A stretch of DNA of 64,000 nucleotides from the human T2T-CHM13v2.0 reference genome, Homo sapiens. A model generated the notes under the pieces. That model was not told the DNA's origin. It did no database searches and saw only the letters and a list, made by a program, of their open reading frames with translations. Position numbers and translations under genes: made by a program. This document shows, in pieces, positions 45,499 through 63,141 of this stretch (positions within the stretch are counted from its first letter, which is position 1; the number at the start of each line of letters is the position of its first letter). The stretch is taken from the NCBI RefSeq assembly GCF_009914755.1, contig NC_060928.1, one strand, 5' to 3'.

Positions 45499-47119
45499 TT
45501 TACTTAGCAATCCCTTTCAAGGAAGTCAAACCACATTTTACAAATTAAATGCTCACAGCATAAGGTCTCCAAGATATTGTTAGAAAGAATGTATTTGCCC
45601 ACATTTTACCATACAGAAAAGTGAATTACACTGAATAAAATGTGAGATAGTTCGAAAGCACCCAGAATCTGTGACAAATCTTACAAAACTGTCTACATTA
45701 AGCTGCTTCTTGGTTTTGAGGGAATACATTAAGTGTAGGAAATGCCTGCTGTCTACATTTCTGATGCCAAAATGCTCTATTTCAAATCAATAACTGAAAT
45801 GGAAACCAGACCTTGCTCTTAAATATTATACATAATTTATAAAGTTGGACCAAAGAAAATGAGCCTTCTCTATTTGATAAATAATATTCTGAATCTAAAT
45901 TTTTTTCAATTTCAACATTAAACAGAAATGCAAGCTCAACATGCTATATACTCCTAGTGCTTTAGTGTATCATTTCAGAACTTACTGTAAATCCTTCAAA
46001 GCAAACAAAACTTTTAAAAGCCCACAAAACAAATATACTATCAAAAATAAAGCTTGCTTCACATATAAATGAATAAATTGACAAATTTTTAATAATTTAA
46101 AGATTATAATTTTAAAAACAATAAAAAGCTATGAAAATATAATATTGATAAATTCTCCCTCCCACTTGTGATCATCCTGAGAAAACCATACTGTTTTCAT
46201 TCCCAGTTAATTACAGGGATGTCCTCAGTGCAATCAGAATAGCAAAAAAGATAGATTGGACTATAATTGAACATTTGTTCTTTACTAAGTAACATTGGGT
46301 AGGTGACTTTTCTGATCTCAATTTACACATCTGTCAATGGAAGTCACATGTGATGATTGGTAAGGAGGGGGAATGCTTTTCTCCCTGCTTTGTTTAACAT
46401 GTTCCAGTAGATCAATTATTGTAACATGTGATTCTGTCTCTGATCTACTCTCCCATAGAGGAGGAACCAATGAATTATCTAAGTGGTAAAACTGGAAGCA
46501 GAAATTCCGCTTGAATAGCTCAACCTATCTCCCTCACTTCTCTTTGGGATCTACCTGCAAAGATGAGCCACCCTGGTCCTCTTGGCCTGTGTTAAGTTTA
46601 GCAGACACTGACGTTTATTTAAAGCCACAAACAAAACCAAAAGAAGAGCTAAAAACAAAAATAAAAACATAAATACATGCTCAAAAATTAGGAAGATAAG
46701 CAAGAATGTGAGAAACAGTAATATAAATGAGCTAAATGTCTCCCCCTCATGTGGGGAGCCAACAGATACTGCTTAAAGTTGAAAAATTAACAAAGGTAAA
46801 AGCGTAATTGGAATTATGAAGATAATCAGCAGAGCTTAAACAAATGGTAAAAGCAAGTTGCCTTTGATAACTGGGACTAGAGTGCTGGACCTGGGAAAAG
46901 TATTTAAATTTTTATTTCCAAATGCATTAATTGCTGTACTTGTATAACAACAATAATTTGTCATTTTAAAGATCAAGACTGTAAATATTCAGGACAAACT
47001 GTGTCCAGAAGGAGGACCACAGAAGCAAGAAATCTAAGCAGCATCAGATACTGGATATTATCCAAGAGATTAACTAATAAACAGGACCTCTGCTATAGTG
47101 TAGTGTCAGCACTACAGTA

Positions 47120-48669
47120 CAAGAGTTTCAAAATATATCCTGTGGATCTTGAGCAGACCTCAGTCCTCTTCAGGGGGTCTGCAAGGTCAAAACGATTTTT
47201 ATAATAATGTGAATTCATTATATGCCTTCGTCATTGTGTTGATATTGATACTAATGGTGCAATAACAATAATGGGTAAAACTGCTCGTGCTTTAGCATAA
47301 ATCAAGCCAGTAGAATTAATCTGTACTATTGTATTCATCATCATCACACACTCATTTTTTAAAACAGTGTCACTTATGATTTGACAAAGCAGTAAAATTA
47401 TTGATATTATTACATTTCCACACTACAGTATATGCTTTTTAATCTTCCGTGTGACAAAATGTGAAGTGTGCCTGAAGCATGTCTGCTACATACTGAAGTA
47501 GGTGGTTGTCTTGAAAAAAAAGCCCTTGAGCAGCTGTTTGAGTTGCAAGTGGAACTAGCCACTTTATTCATGGAACATCCTTTTTACTTGAAAGAATGAC
47601 AGAGAATTATGGTTATTCAGACTTGAGCAATTGGCAAATGTTTTCTTAAAACTGAACGAAGTGAGCCTCTCACTTCAACAAAAAACAATTGACAGTATTT
47701 CTTGCCAATTATAAAATTTCAGCTTTCAAGTAAAAATTAGAATTTTGTACAACTTGTATTGCTACCATGAGCTTCACAGCATACTCATATTTAAAGATCT
47801 TTCTGATGAGATTGGTGGTGATATTAAAAAACGTAATTTTCTAACATTATATAATGAAAGGTGTCAATGTTTGAAAGATCAGCATAACTCAGTAAACCAT
47901 TTTCCAAAAAAGCAATGCATGAGGTCACAAAACACATATACATAGTATACAGTATACATATACATAGCATAATCGTTATAATAGTGAAAGGTCTATTCTC
48001 AGAGTAAGATAAACCAGTAGATTTTAATGTAGCACAGTATGAACAGTTCATTGATTTATTTCAGATTCCACATTGCAAAAATATCCTTTAAGACAATAGC
48101 ACTTGTCAATTTTGAATGTAGTATCAAAGAAAAATATCCACAATTATCTGAAAAGGCTATAAATATATACTTTCTTTTCCCACATATGGGTATATAAATA
48201 TATACTTTCCTTTCCCATACACATAAGGGTATGAGGCCAGATTTTCTTCATATACTTCAACAAAACAACCTATCAAAATAAATTGAATGCAGAAATAGAT
48301 AGGAGAATCCAATCTCTATTAAGCCAAACATTAAAGAAATTTACCAAAATGTAACACAATGCCATTCTTCTCATTTTCTTTTGTTTTGGGAAACATAGCT
48401 ATTTTTTCTTTAAAACTATAGCTTTATTATGGGTTTGTTCTTGTTATTTTTTAATGTTTTTTGATTTCTCCATTTTAATTTCTAATAAATTAAATATTAA
48501 AAACTATAACTCTATATTATCTATATAGAGTTATCTATAATATTGATAAATTTATCTATAATATTGATAAATATAATGCTTTTGTTTTATAAACAAAAGC
48601 CCTTTGGGGTTCTCAACAATGTTTAAGAATGTAAAAGGATCCCCAGACTAAAAAGTATGAGAGCCATTG
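47120..48669. mobile_element. Charlie1a-like hAT DNA transposon (decayed)
   Basis: ttcagggggtctgcaaggtcaaaac...gatactaatggtgcaataacaataatgggtaaaactgct (transposase remnant)...aaaaagtatgagagccattg terminus. Confidence 0.8.
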
Positions 48670-49962
48670 GCACGGGAGTTGGAAGTAACTTAAGTACCTA
48701 AAGCCAAGATTTACACCATCAACAATAGGCTAGAAAGAAAATAAGTGGGAAGCCAGACTACACCTCCTCTCCACCACCTTCCCACTCTACTCCCAGAATG
48801 GAGTTGCCTGGCTAGAGATGAAGGAATACTGCAAAAAGGAAAAGAGAGGTAAATTCAAGTTTGGGTTTCTTCTCCCCCTGCCTTCCTCCTTGACACCAAG
48901 CTGAGCCCTAAAAATGGAGGATGAGAGATCTTTAAGTCTGAGGATCAAACAGTAGAGAAAGCTGTGCCCTACTTTCCATTTAAAACTCTGCAAAGCAGCA
49001 ACCTCCTCCGTGTACTCTGCCCACCAATGGTGAAGGCCCTCCCTCCAAGCAGTAGAGATAGCTCATGGTATCCTAGGTATAAATACACAGGTTTGCACAA
49101 GCTCCACAGTGGCACAGGAGAACACATAAAAGTTCCATTTCTCCAGATAAGCTGCAGGAATCACCAAGAAAAGCCTTTTAAATCCAAAGGGACCTGGCAG
49201 CTGGGACAAAGACGGCATTGAATAACCTGCACAGATTGATGACTACGGGCCATGAAAGGAGCCTAGACCGTGGAATCTAGAGATCACTTTACAAAGACTG
49301 AACCTGTTGAGGTTCATCCAATGCCAGCAGAGGAGAGATGATGGCTGAGAACAGATGTTACCCTACCACTTCATGTCCACTGCCATGACCACCTTTGGAA
49401 GAAATGGAGAGAACAATCTTGACTTTGACTGGGTTTTCCTAAAAGATATTTAAAAATCATATCTTGAATGGGGACAATTATTAAAAACTAAAGAAAGCTC
49501 TATTTTGGACAGGTTGTGAATTATGGAATTTTTACGCACTACATAAGCATTACATTTCAGGTCCAATTAGCAACAATGGATACTCAGGGAAAAAGGGCAC
49601 TCAGCTAGGGTTTGAGGTTAGTGATAGGCTCTGCCTCAGTTAAGATGATCCAGTGTACACACAGTGATGTAGTCAGGGTTGAGTCTGCAGGTGAGGTTCA
49701 TCTGTGGATTACCATCTTCCTCCAAAAAACCTATTCCATTCTTGTGGTAGACACACTCTAAGAGTGATGATGCCTTTATATGATCCTATCTCCTTGAGTG
49801 TAGGCAAGAACTGTGAATACTATAGGATAGTGAATCCCTTGGTTAGCAAACCCCACATTTGATCTGTCAAGAAATCCTGTTGGCTCAATCTTCACTTCTA
49901 TCCAAAACCAACCACTTCTCACCAAATCCAGGGCTGCCACCTCATTCTAAGATGCCATAATC

Positions 49963-50273
<311 letters not shown>

Positions 50274-50347
50274 TTATCCTGGTTATCCTCCCTACTTCCA
50301 GGTATCTGTACTACAATCCGCTATTAACCCAACATCCAGGGTAATCC

Positions 50348-51710
50348 TGAGAGGTGACAGCACGCTGGCAGCCCTCACAGCCCTCACTCGCTTTCGGCGC
50401 CTCCTCAGCCTCGGCGCCCATTCTGGCCGCGCTGAGGAGCCTTTCAGCCTGCCGCTGCACTGTGGAAGCCCCTTTCCGGGCTGGCTGAGGCCGGAGCCGG
50501 CTCCCTCAGCTTGCCGGGAGATGTGGAGGGAGAGGCGCGGGCGGGAACCTGGCCTGCGCGCGGCGCTTGCGCGCCAGCGCGAGTTCCGGGTGGGCGTGGG
50601 CTCCGCGGGCACCGCACTCGGAGCGGCTTGGCCAGCCAGCCGGCCCCGCCGGCCCCGGGCATTGAGGGGCTTAGCACCTGGGCCAGCAGCTGCGGAGGGT
50701 GCGCCGGGTCCCCCAGCAGTGCCGGCCCACCAGCGCTGCGCTCGATTTCTTGCTTGGCCTTACCTGCCTCTCCGCGGGGCAGGGCTCGGGACCTGCAGCC
50801 ACCCATGCCTGCGCCTCCCCCCACCTGGGCTCCTGCGCGGCGGGAGCCTCCCCAACGAGCGCCGCCCCCTGCTCCACCGCGCCCAGTCCCATCGACCGCC
50901 CAAGGGCTGAGGAGTACGGGCGCACTACGCGGGACTGGCGGGCAGCTCCACCTGCGGTCCAGGTACAGGATCCACTGGGTGAAGTCAGCTGGACTCCTGA
51001 GTCTAGTGGGGACTTGGAGAACCTTTCTGTCTAGCTAAGGGATTGTAAATACACCAATCAGCGCCCTGTGTCTAGCTCAAGGTTTGTAAACACACCAATC
51101 AGCACCCTGTGTCTAGCTCAAGGTTTGTAAACACACCAATCAGCACCCTGTGTCTAGCTCAAGGTTTGTAAATGCACCAATCAGTGCTCTGTGTCTAGCT
51201 AATCTAGTAGGGACTTGGAGAACTTTTGTGTCTAGCTCAAGGATTGTAAACGCACCAGTCAGCACCCTGTCAAAACGGACCAATCAGCTCTCTGTAAAAT
51301 GGACCGATCAGCAGGATGTGAGTGGGGCCAGATAAGGGAATAAAAGCAGACTGCCCTAGCCAGCAGTGGCAGCCTGCTTGTTTGGGTCTTCTTCCACGCT
51401 GTGGAAGCTTTGTTCTTTTGCTCTTTGCAGTTACTCTTACTGCTGCTCACTCTTTGAGTCCACACTGTGTTTATGAGCTGTAACTCTCACCATGAAGGTC
51501 TGCAGCTTCACTCCTGAAACCAGCAAGACCACGAACCCACCAGAAGGAAAAAACAAGCTGCGAGACCAGGAAGAAACTCCGAACACATCCGAACATCAGA
51601 AGGAACAAACTCTGCACACGCTGCCTTTAAGAACTGTAACACCCACCGGGAGGGTCCGTGGCTTTGTTCTTGAAGTCAGTGAGACCAAGAACCCACCAAG
51701 TCCGGACATA
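50348..51710 (+). mobile_element. Solo LTR12 (ERV9 LTR, LTR12C-like), full length ~1.36 kb
   Basis: Starts TGAGAGGTGACAGC and ends ccaccaagtccggacata. ATCC TSD at 50344-47 and 51711-14. GC-rich U3 with 41-nt CCAAT repeats. Confidence 0.95.
51028..51200 (+). repeat. 41-nt tandem enhancer repeat of LTR12 U3 (~4 copies)
   Basis: CCAAT at 51054, 51095, 51136 and 51177 (period 41). Confidence 0.92.
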
Positions 51711-52935
51711 ATCCTTTTACAAATTAAATCAAAGCACTTTAATTCCTGCAATAGCTCTACTTTTTATGCTACGGTCCTTATAGTGGCCTGCAAGGCCTTA
51801 CATGATGTGGTATTCATCACCTTTCTAACCGCAGCTCCTCTTTTCAAACTCTAATTCTGCAACAGTTGCACTGGCTCCCTTGCTGACTATCTTATTTAAG
51901 ACATTCATGTTAACATGCCCACAAATATCAACGTGGCTAACTTCTACACTGTAGTTCAGTCTTTGCTCAGATGTCATTTTCTCAATAAGGCCTACCCTGA
52001 CAACCTTACATAAAATTTCACCCCTTCCTCCCTTCCCTGACTCCTGATTCCTATTACTCCGAACTAATCTTTTTTGAACCATAGCACTTAAAATCTTATA
52101 ACTAATTCTGTAGTTTACCAATTTTATTAGATCTTTTGTCTTCTCCTACTTGAATAAGCTTCTCGAAAGCAAACTATTTGTCTTTTCTTTCATCAATATA
52201 TCCCCACATCGATGGGTCTAGTCTCTGAAATAATAAGTGCTCAATAAATACTTGTTGAATTAATTTCACAATAAGTAACTGGAAAAGACATGACAGTTTT
52301 AACATACATATGTTCTTATATTTAAGTGCTAGAAAAAAGTATAACTTTTCATAAAAATCAATAAATTCGATTAACAAAAATATATATTTCCCCAATCATA
52401 CAAAGACTTAAAACTGTCTTCTAAATAACAAAAAATAAATTCAATTTTAAATAATAATTAAAATTAGCAAAATAATTATTAAATGTAGGACAAAAAAACA
52501 AAACCTCTAACTTTTAAATGATAATTACCAGATAATTCTTATAAGTTATCCTAACAATAATACCAAAAGGAAGATACTGCTGGTTTCCTTCTACAGATGA
52601 GGAAACAGGTTTGGAATGGATAATTTTCCCAAGGTCACACAAGTAGCAAAGCTCAGACTTATTTTATACCTAGTATCATTTTTCTCCCTTTACACACAAC
52701 ACCAGTTAAGAGCATGGGCTCTGAGCCAGTGAGACTACATTCAAATCCACTTCAAACCTTAGGTTAATTACATTATTTCTCTGTGCCTCAATCTATTCAT
52801 CTGTAAATTAGAGACAATAATTGTATAGCGCTCATACAATTGTTAGGATTAAATGAGTTAATGAGCACATAAGTACTCAATAAACATTAGTTATCACCAT
52901 TACTACTATCTCCCTTAGAGACTGTAAATAATTGT

Positions 52936-53226
52936 AGTCAGGTGCAGTGGCTCACACCTGTAATCCCAGCACTTTGGAAGGCTGAGGTGAGCAGATCACC
53001 TGAAGTCAGGAGTTGGAGACCAGCCTATCCAACATGGCGAAATCCCGTCTCTACTAAAAGTACAAAAATTAGCCAGGCGTGGTGGCGTACGCCTGTAATC
53101 CCAGCTACTTGGGAGGCTGGGGCAGGAGAATCACTTGAACTCTGGAGACGGAGGTTGCAGTAAGCCGAAATCTGCCACTGCACTCCAGCCTGAGCGTCAG
53201 AACAAGACTCTCAAAAAAAAAAAAAA
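52936..53226 (+). mobile_element. AluS
   Basis: Full dimer, TSD actgtaaataatt. Preceded by MIR fragments at 52560-52900. Confidence 0.9.
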
Positions 53227-54239
53227 GATACTGTAAATAATTATTTTCAGAACCCTTTTGTGTTATTTTATATAATTTACTTTCTTAGTCCTTTTCAGTA
53301 AGTTCTGTTCAGTGCTATAAAGAATGGTGGGTATTTCAAAATTCGTATGGCTTTTATCAAATTTAAGTCCTCAATTGCAGAGATTTCTTTCTAGACCTTC
53401 TGTTTTCTAAGAAATACTGCCCATTTACATAAATTATCATCCTGATAAAAGGGTTTTAAATTAGAGAAATACAAAAGTCACTTATCTGGTTCTATTCTAC
53501 TTAGTTTTCTATAGTTTTACTTATATAATTAAGAAATAACTACTAACACGTCTTACATATTCAGTTGAAGGTTTTTTTAATGATTGTTCATTTGGAGATG
53601 AAATATATTTATTTTTCTCTCTATAGTGTAAGTATGACATTTATTTTAAACTTTTTGTTTGAAATTTTACAAAGATGGCAGAAAACAAATCTATAGACCA
53701 ATCATATTCCTGAATAAAGAGGCACAATTCTCAACGCAATGTTAGCATGCAGAATCCAGAAACAGGTTACAGGTAGAATACACGGTGACAGAGTGAACTT
53801 TAAAGAGTGAATATGGAAAGGCTGGTTGAGCACTGTCCAGGAAGGTGGAAATTAATCTATTCATTTATGACTTTTTAAATAGACCTTTTGAGGGTGTATG
53901 ATTAGCTACTGTAAAACTCACCCAGGTGAAGTGTACATCTCATAACTGCTGAGTCATTAATGGAATTGAATAGCCATCATGGCGATCTGATGTCAGAAGA
54001 TCTCTGACACCCAGATAGAAGGCTGATAGACGGGGTTCCTCATGCCCATTTGAAGATAAGCCCTGCCCCCAACCCAGCCCCAGTCAACCATTGATCTGTT
54101 TTCTGTCACTGTAAATTTGCCTTTTTTGAACATTTCATATCAATAGATTCATACAGTATGTAGTCTTTTGTGTCTGGCCTCTTTTCACTTAGTGACATGG
54201 TTCTGAGTTTCATCTATAGCATGTATCAGCCATAGCATG

Positions 54240-54480
54240 TTTTTTTAAAAAAACTTTTATGTTAAATTCAGGGGTATATGTGCAAGATGTGCAGGTTTGT
54301 TACAAAGGTAAATGTGTTTCATGGGAGTTTGTTGTACAGATTATTTCATCACCCAGGTACTAAGCCTACTACCCAATAGTAATTTTTCCTGATCCTCTCT
54401 CTCCTCCCACCCTCCGCCCTCAGGTAGGCCCAGTGTGTACTGTTCTTCTCTATGTGTCTATGTGCTCTCATCATTTAACT
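54240..54480 (-). mobile_element. Older L1PA (PA13-16-like) 3' end
   Basis: ttcaggggtatatgtgcaagatgtgcaggtttgttac...tgtacagattatttcatcacccagg. Confidence 0.8.
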
Positions 54481-54511
54481 TAAATTGGATTTATTCTTAT
54501 ATAGCATCTGA

Positions 54512-54723
<212 letters not shown>

Positions 54724-55514
54724 TGAAGACCTATTCCAGTTATAAATACTAACTAATAGGAATTAGTTTCAAAGTTTGCCATAGAATTTTTCTCTCTGAA
54801 ATGATTTCCATTATAAAATTTGAAATATAGTCCTATTGCAGCGGGGAGACTTAATTTAAACTTTTTGGCAAAGAGAGAGGTAAGATGTGCCTGAGGCCAA
54901 AAGAGTTAGTCGACTTTGCCGTAATATACTAAGCTACATTCAAAAAAGTTTGCCAGTTTTGCTTAAATGTACTACCCTGCATTCATTTTTCCTTCTGTAC
55001 ATTATGTATAATTTCCCAGAATTCTTTTTCACTTTTATCATCCTGGCTTCCTCATTCAACAAACGTTTCATTGAGCATGTTCCAAAGTACTACTGCAGGT
55101 AAGATGAATATGACTACATTCTTGCCCTCCAGTAGACTGGGCAGAAATATTTTATTTCTCCAACAGAATCATTGTCTAGTTTGATATACAACACATTAAC
55201 AGTGTATTAACTACTTCAGACAGTAGGAAATGAATTAAATCTCTAATTGATGAATTCAGTATGTTAAAAATCTGTATATCAAGTTCACATATTAAAAAGG
55301 TCTGGTGTATTCCAATGGTATGTTTAGAATATGCATCTGGAGAAAGTTGTTCCTTTCTGGTAGAACCTGAAGTTTTCAATATTCACTGTAGACATTCATC
55401 ATATAAAACTAGAGTCCAGAGGATAGGCTTTTAGAGATACTAGATATGCTGACATTTTCATGTTATTATCCACATATACATTAATACATGCATGCACAAT
55501 GAACAAATGTATTT

Positions 55515-55600
55515 AATTCAAAGGGCTTTAAACACATACCTAAATAATAAGGTAACAAATTCAAAGGGATTTAAACATATACCTAAATAATAGTGTAACA
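55515..55600 (+). repeat. 43-nt tandem duplication (2 copies)
   Basis: aattcaaaggg(c/a)tttaaaca(c/t)atacctaaataata(ag/gt)gtaaca at 55515 and 55558. Confidence 0.9.
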
Positions 55601-55618
55601 GAGCCATCTAGTGGCCAC
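55601..55618 (-). promoter_or_regulatory. CTCF motif (TGGCCACTAGATGGCTC)
   Basis: Reverse complement of gagccatctagtggcca closely matches the CTCF core CCACYAGRKGGC. Confidence 0.65.
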
Positions 55619-56299
55619 ATAAAAACTGTTGTTTCATGTGATTTTGTTTCGTTCCATCAAGTTTTACATAAACGTAAGCTTATCTTCCCACTAATACAGA
55701 TATTTATAATGCTTATGGATAATGGGCCAAAGTAATTTGGAGCTGGGGTACTAGAGTAAATGTTTGACATCCTAAGACATCTGTAATCTATATTGTGTGT
55801 AGAAAAAGGAGAATTTTAACAAGTGATCATTAAATTTTCAAATTATCTTAATTGATATGGGATGAAAGCATTAGATGTTTTTAAATTGTTAGTTTATGAA
55901 TACTCCAAAACAAGATCTTCTCTTTTAATATGCCATATTAAATGTTAAAATAAATAACACTCTTATTTTGCATAAAGGCAAGTAAGCCCAAAAAAAAAAA
56001 AAAAGCCTCACTAGGAAATAGACTAAAGCAAGTACCACAAGCCATCTTCGAAAGAAAGAAAAAGTCAAGCTTTTGAGATGTTAAATATTTAATGAAACAT
56101 AAGTGCAGAATCTCACTGACGTGCAAGCTTCTACAACCAAGTCAGGCGTTCACTCTTAAAGTGCTGGAGGCCAGTTTGAGATCATAGAACACATAGGCAA
56201 TCCAATTTTTCAGGCTAAACCATAAAAGGCTCACAATGTTGCTTGCCAAACTTTTCAATAAATTTATATTATAAATGTTTCACAATGTCAAACACTTAC

Positions 56300-59850
<3,551 letters not shown>

Positions 59851-60272
59851 ATTTAGTCATGAGAATTTTTTTTAATGTACAGTACAAAGAATAAGTATTA
59901 AGGATGGCAAAAATGAGATGAGACCAATATTTTCTAATGTTCTAAAAGAAAGATTACTATAAAAAATAATAAGAACTGAGATGCATCTTAAAGGATGGGT
60001 AGGAAGAATGGGTAGAATATTCTATTCTATGAAATAGCATGAACAAAAATAGGAATGAGCATGCTAAGTGTAACATACATTGTATGTTGGCCTGGGATGA
60101 GGAATTTTACCTGATAATCAGTAGGAAAGTCATTACACTTTCTATAACAAGTGCTTAACATGTAGAAAATATTTCCAGAAATTTAATCTTTCATTAATAT
60201 ACTTAGTTGATTGGAAGAGAGAATTAGAAATGTAGGGAGACAGCTCAGACATATTATCTTAGATTAGCAGTG

Positions 60273-60636
60273 TGATATGGTTTGGATTTGGATTCGTGTC
60301 CCTGCCCAGTGTCGAACTGTAATCCCCAGTGTTGGAGGAGAGGCCTGGTGGGAGGTGATTGGATCATTGATTTGCCCTTGGTGTTCTTGTGATAGTGAGT
60401 TTTCACGAGATCTGGTTATTTAAAAGTGTGTTGCACCTCCCTCTGCTCTCTCTTCCTCCTTCTCTGCCCATGTAGGATGTGCCTGCTTCCCCTTCCGCCA
60501 TGACTGAATGTTTCCTGAGGCCTCCCCAGCCATGCTTCCTGTACAGACTGTGGAACCATGAGACAATTAAACTTTTCTTTACAGATTACCCAGTCTCAGG
60601 TAGTTCATTATAGCAATGTGAGATCAGACTAATACA
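60273..60636 (+). mobile_element. MST (MaLR) solo LTR
   Basis: tgatatggtttgga...cagactaataca termini, 5-bp TSD ca(g/a)tg. Confidence 0.88.
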
Positions 60637-60719
60637 CAATGTAACAATAGAGAAAAGGTAACTATAAAAATAATGTAAACAGTTGTAACTTGGCCACTGT
60701 AGAAATCATTAGTGCTATA

Positions 60720-61567
60720 ATAATATATTGAAATACTTCCGATTATCTTCCTTCTAAGCACACAGTAGGATTCCATTTCCCCAGGCTTTTGGAGTTAGGT
60801 GTGGCCATGGAACTTGCTTTAGTCCATAAATATGAGTCAAAGTAACATATGTCACATCAGAATGGAATCCTTTAAGAACATAATGACTATTTTCCCTTCT
60901 CCCTTTATGTTGCCTAGAACCATTACAAATGGTGAAGGCCTCATTAGCCTGGTCTCTAACATGAACATAAGCATGACAAGAAACAAATCTCTGTTGTTTT
61001 AAGCCACAGAGATTTTGGATCTTCTGTAACTGCAACACAACTTCATCCATCCTGACTGTGACACTTTTAGAATTTGTCAACAAAATTTTATACTCCCCTC
61101 AAGACGGGCTAATTTCCCTCCCCTTGAATGTGAGCTGGCATTAATAACTAACTTCTAACAAGTGATGGTGTGTAGGCCACAATAAAAAGTGTTGGAGCTT
61201 CCTCTCTTGAGTCACTCACTCTGAGGAAAGCCAGCTGCCACGAGAATCATGAGGACAGTCAAGCAGCCCTATGGAGAGATTCACATGCTGAGGAATTGAG
61301 GCTTCCTGCCAACAATGAGCATTAACTTGTCAGGTCTGTGAATGAGCCACCTTGAAAGAGAATCCTGCCGCACCAGCCCCAGTCAAGCCTTCAGATGGCT
61401 GCAATGCCAGTCAACATCCTGACTGCAACCTCACAAGATACACTGAGCCAGTTAAGCTGCTCTTAGATTCCTGACCAACAAAAACTATTTGAGATAGTAA
61501 GTGCTTATTTTTTTTTAAGCTACTAGGCTTTAGGCTAATTTGATATACAGCAATCGATAACTAATAC
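60720..61567 (+). mobile_element. Two adjacent MLT1 LTRs (~60720-61063 and ~61080-61567)
   Basis: Characteristic MLT1 ends tgttgttttaagccac...ctgactgtgaca and gcaatcgataactaataca. Confidence 0.7.
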
Positions 61568-62268
61568 ATTGGTTGATACAAAAATATATCAAATACTGAA
61601 AATAAAGGATAGGGAAAAATAAGAACTAATTTCTTTGCTTTGAACTTTGAATGATTTGGAAAACATTGTAATGGCACTAACTGTAAGTTACTCAATTATA
61701 TTCTCAAGTCTTGAGGCAAAGGCCATGTCTGCTCAATAAACATTTGCTGGAGTCTAGTAAATGTTTAACAACTGAACAAGATGTTCAGAACTGACAAGAA
61801 TATTTTAATATAGATAGGAGGGAACGTCCATCTCCTCTCTTTTGGACACTATGCTTTTTTTTTAACACTAGATCATACTGCAATACACTATACTTTTATT
61901 ACTGCAGCAAAACCAATTTTTACAGCAGAAGTATCACGCTGCTAGTATACACTGGAAGTTTAGATTTGCTAAGTGTTTTAAGATAGAAATAAGTCCACAG
62001 GTTATTTCCTCACTATATTTTCTCCTATTCATCTCAGCATTCATATGACAGATGTGCCATTCTATGTTAAATTTTTCTGATGACTACCAGTTTCAACACT
62101 AAACCACAAAAGGAAAAAAGATATAGTGCAGGGAAAAGCATTGTTGAAGAATAAATATTCTATAATGAACTGTTCACTCCATGTATCAAAAGCAGAACTG
62201 AAATGTTACCTAGCCATCATTTGATCAGTTCTAACAGGTTCACCTTGCATTCTATCTTTAAAATCCTT

Positions 62269-62557
62269 AGGCTGGGCGCAGTGGCTTGCACCTGCAATCC
62301 TAGCACTTTGGGAGGCCGAGGAAAGAGGATTACTTGAGCCCAGGAGCACAGGAGATCAGCCTGAGGGCAATATAGTGAGGGCTTGTCTTTCAAAAAAAAA
62401 AAACCTTAAAAAAAAAGTAGCCAAGTGGTGGCACACGCCTAGCAGGAGGCTCGCTTGAGCCTAGGAGGTGGAGGTTGCACTGAGCCAAGATCATGCCACT
62501 GCACTCCAGGCTAGGCAACAGAGCAAGAATGTTTCTAAATAAATAAATACATAAAAT
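62269..62557 (+). mobile_element. AluJ
   Basis: Diverged dimer, TSD taaaatcctta. Confidence 0.88.
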
Positions 62558-63141
62558 AAAATCCTTAAGCCAATCTTCATTTACCAACCAATTTTTAATT
62601 CTTTTATTTGTTACCACATTGTCTCTCCTGAATATCCAAAGGCTCAAAGCCTTGGTTTGAATGCAGCTAAATTCATTGGGTTTGATCTCAAGTCAAACTT
62701 AGAAATACTGTCATCTCAGCCACAAATTTCACACTAAAGTAGATAGAAACCACTACTAAATCACTACTTTGTCTTAAAATGAAAGTATAATAGACTGTAA
62801 GGTTATAATTGCTTTTTTAAGTTAAACTTTGTTTTACATTTACAGAAAATTTGCAAAAATGGAGTCCCCACACCCCCTTCATCCAATTTCCCCTACCATT
62901 AATATCTTACAATACCATGGTATATCTGTCACAATAAAGAAATCGGTATTGGCACTATTACCTAAATTCCACACTTTGTTCAGATTCGCTAGTTTTCCAT
63001 TAATGTCCTTTTTCTGCTGGAGATCCCAGCCAGGATACCACATTACATTTAATCATTATGCATCATTTTCTCTGGCATAATAGTTTCTCAGACTTTTCTT
63101 GTTTTTGAGTAGTGATTAGGTAATTTGTAAAATGCTAACCA

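Noticed and set aside
47120-48669. Possible domesticated hAT transposase gene
   Set aside because: No long ORF; an internally deleted, decayed Charlie1 copy with small internal duplications.
48690-49500. GC-richer block with an 85-aa ORF
   Set aside because: No homology or splice support that I can recognise; probably an ancient LTR remnant.
51028-51200. 41-nt periodic repeat resembling a CRISPR array
   Set aside because: Head-to-tail repeats with no unique spacers and no cas genes; this is the known ERV9 U3 enhancer repeat.
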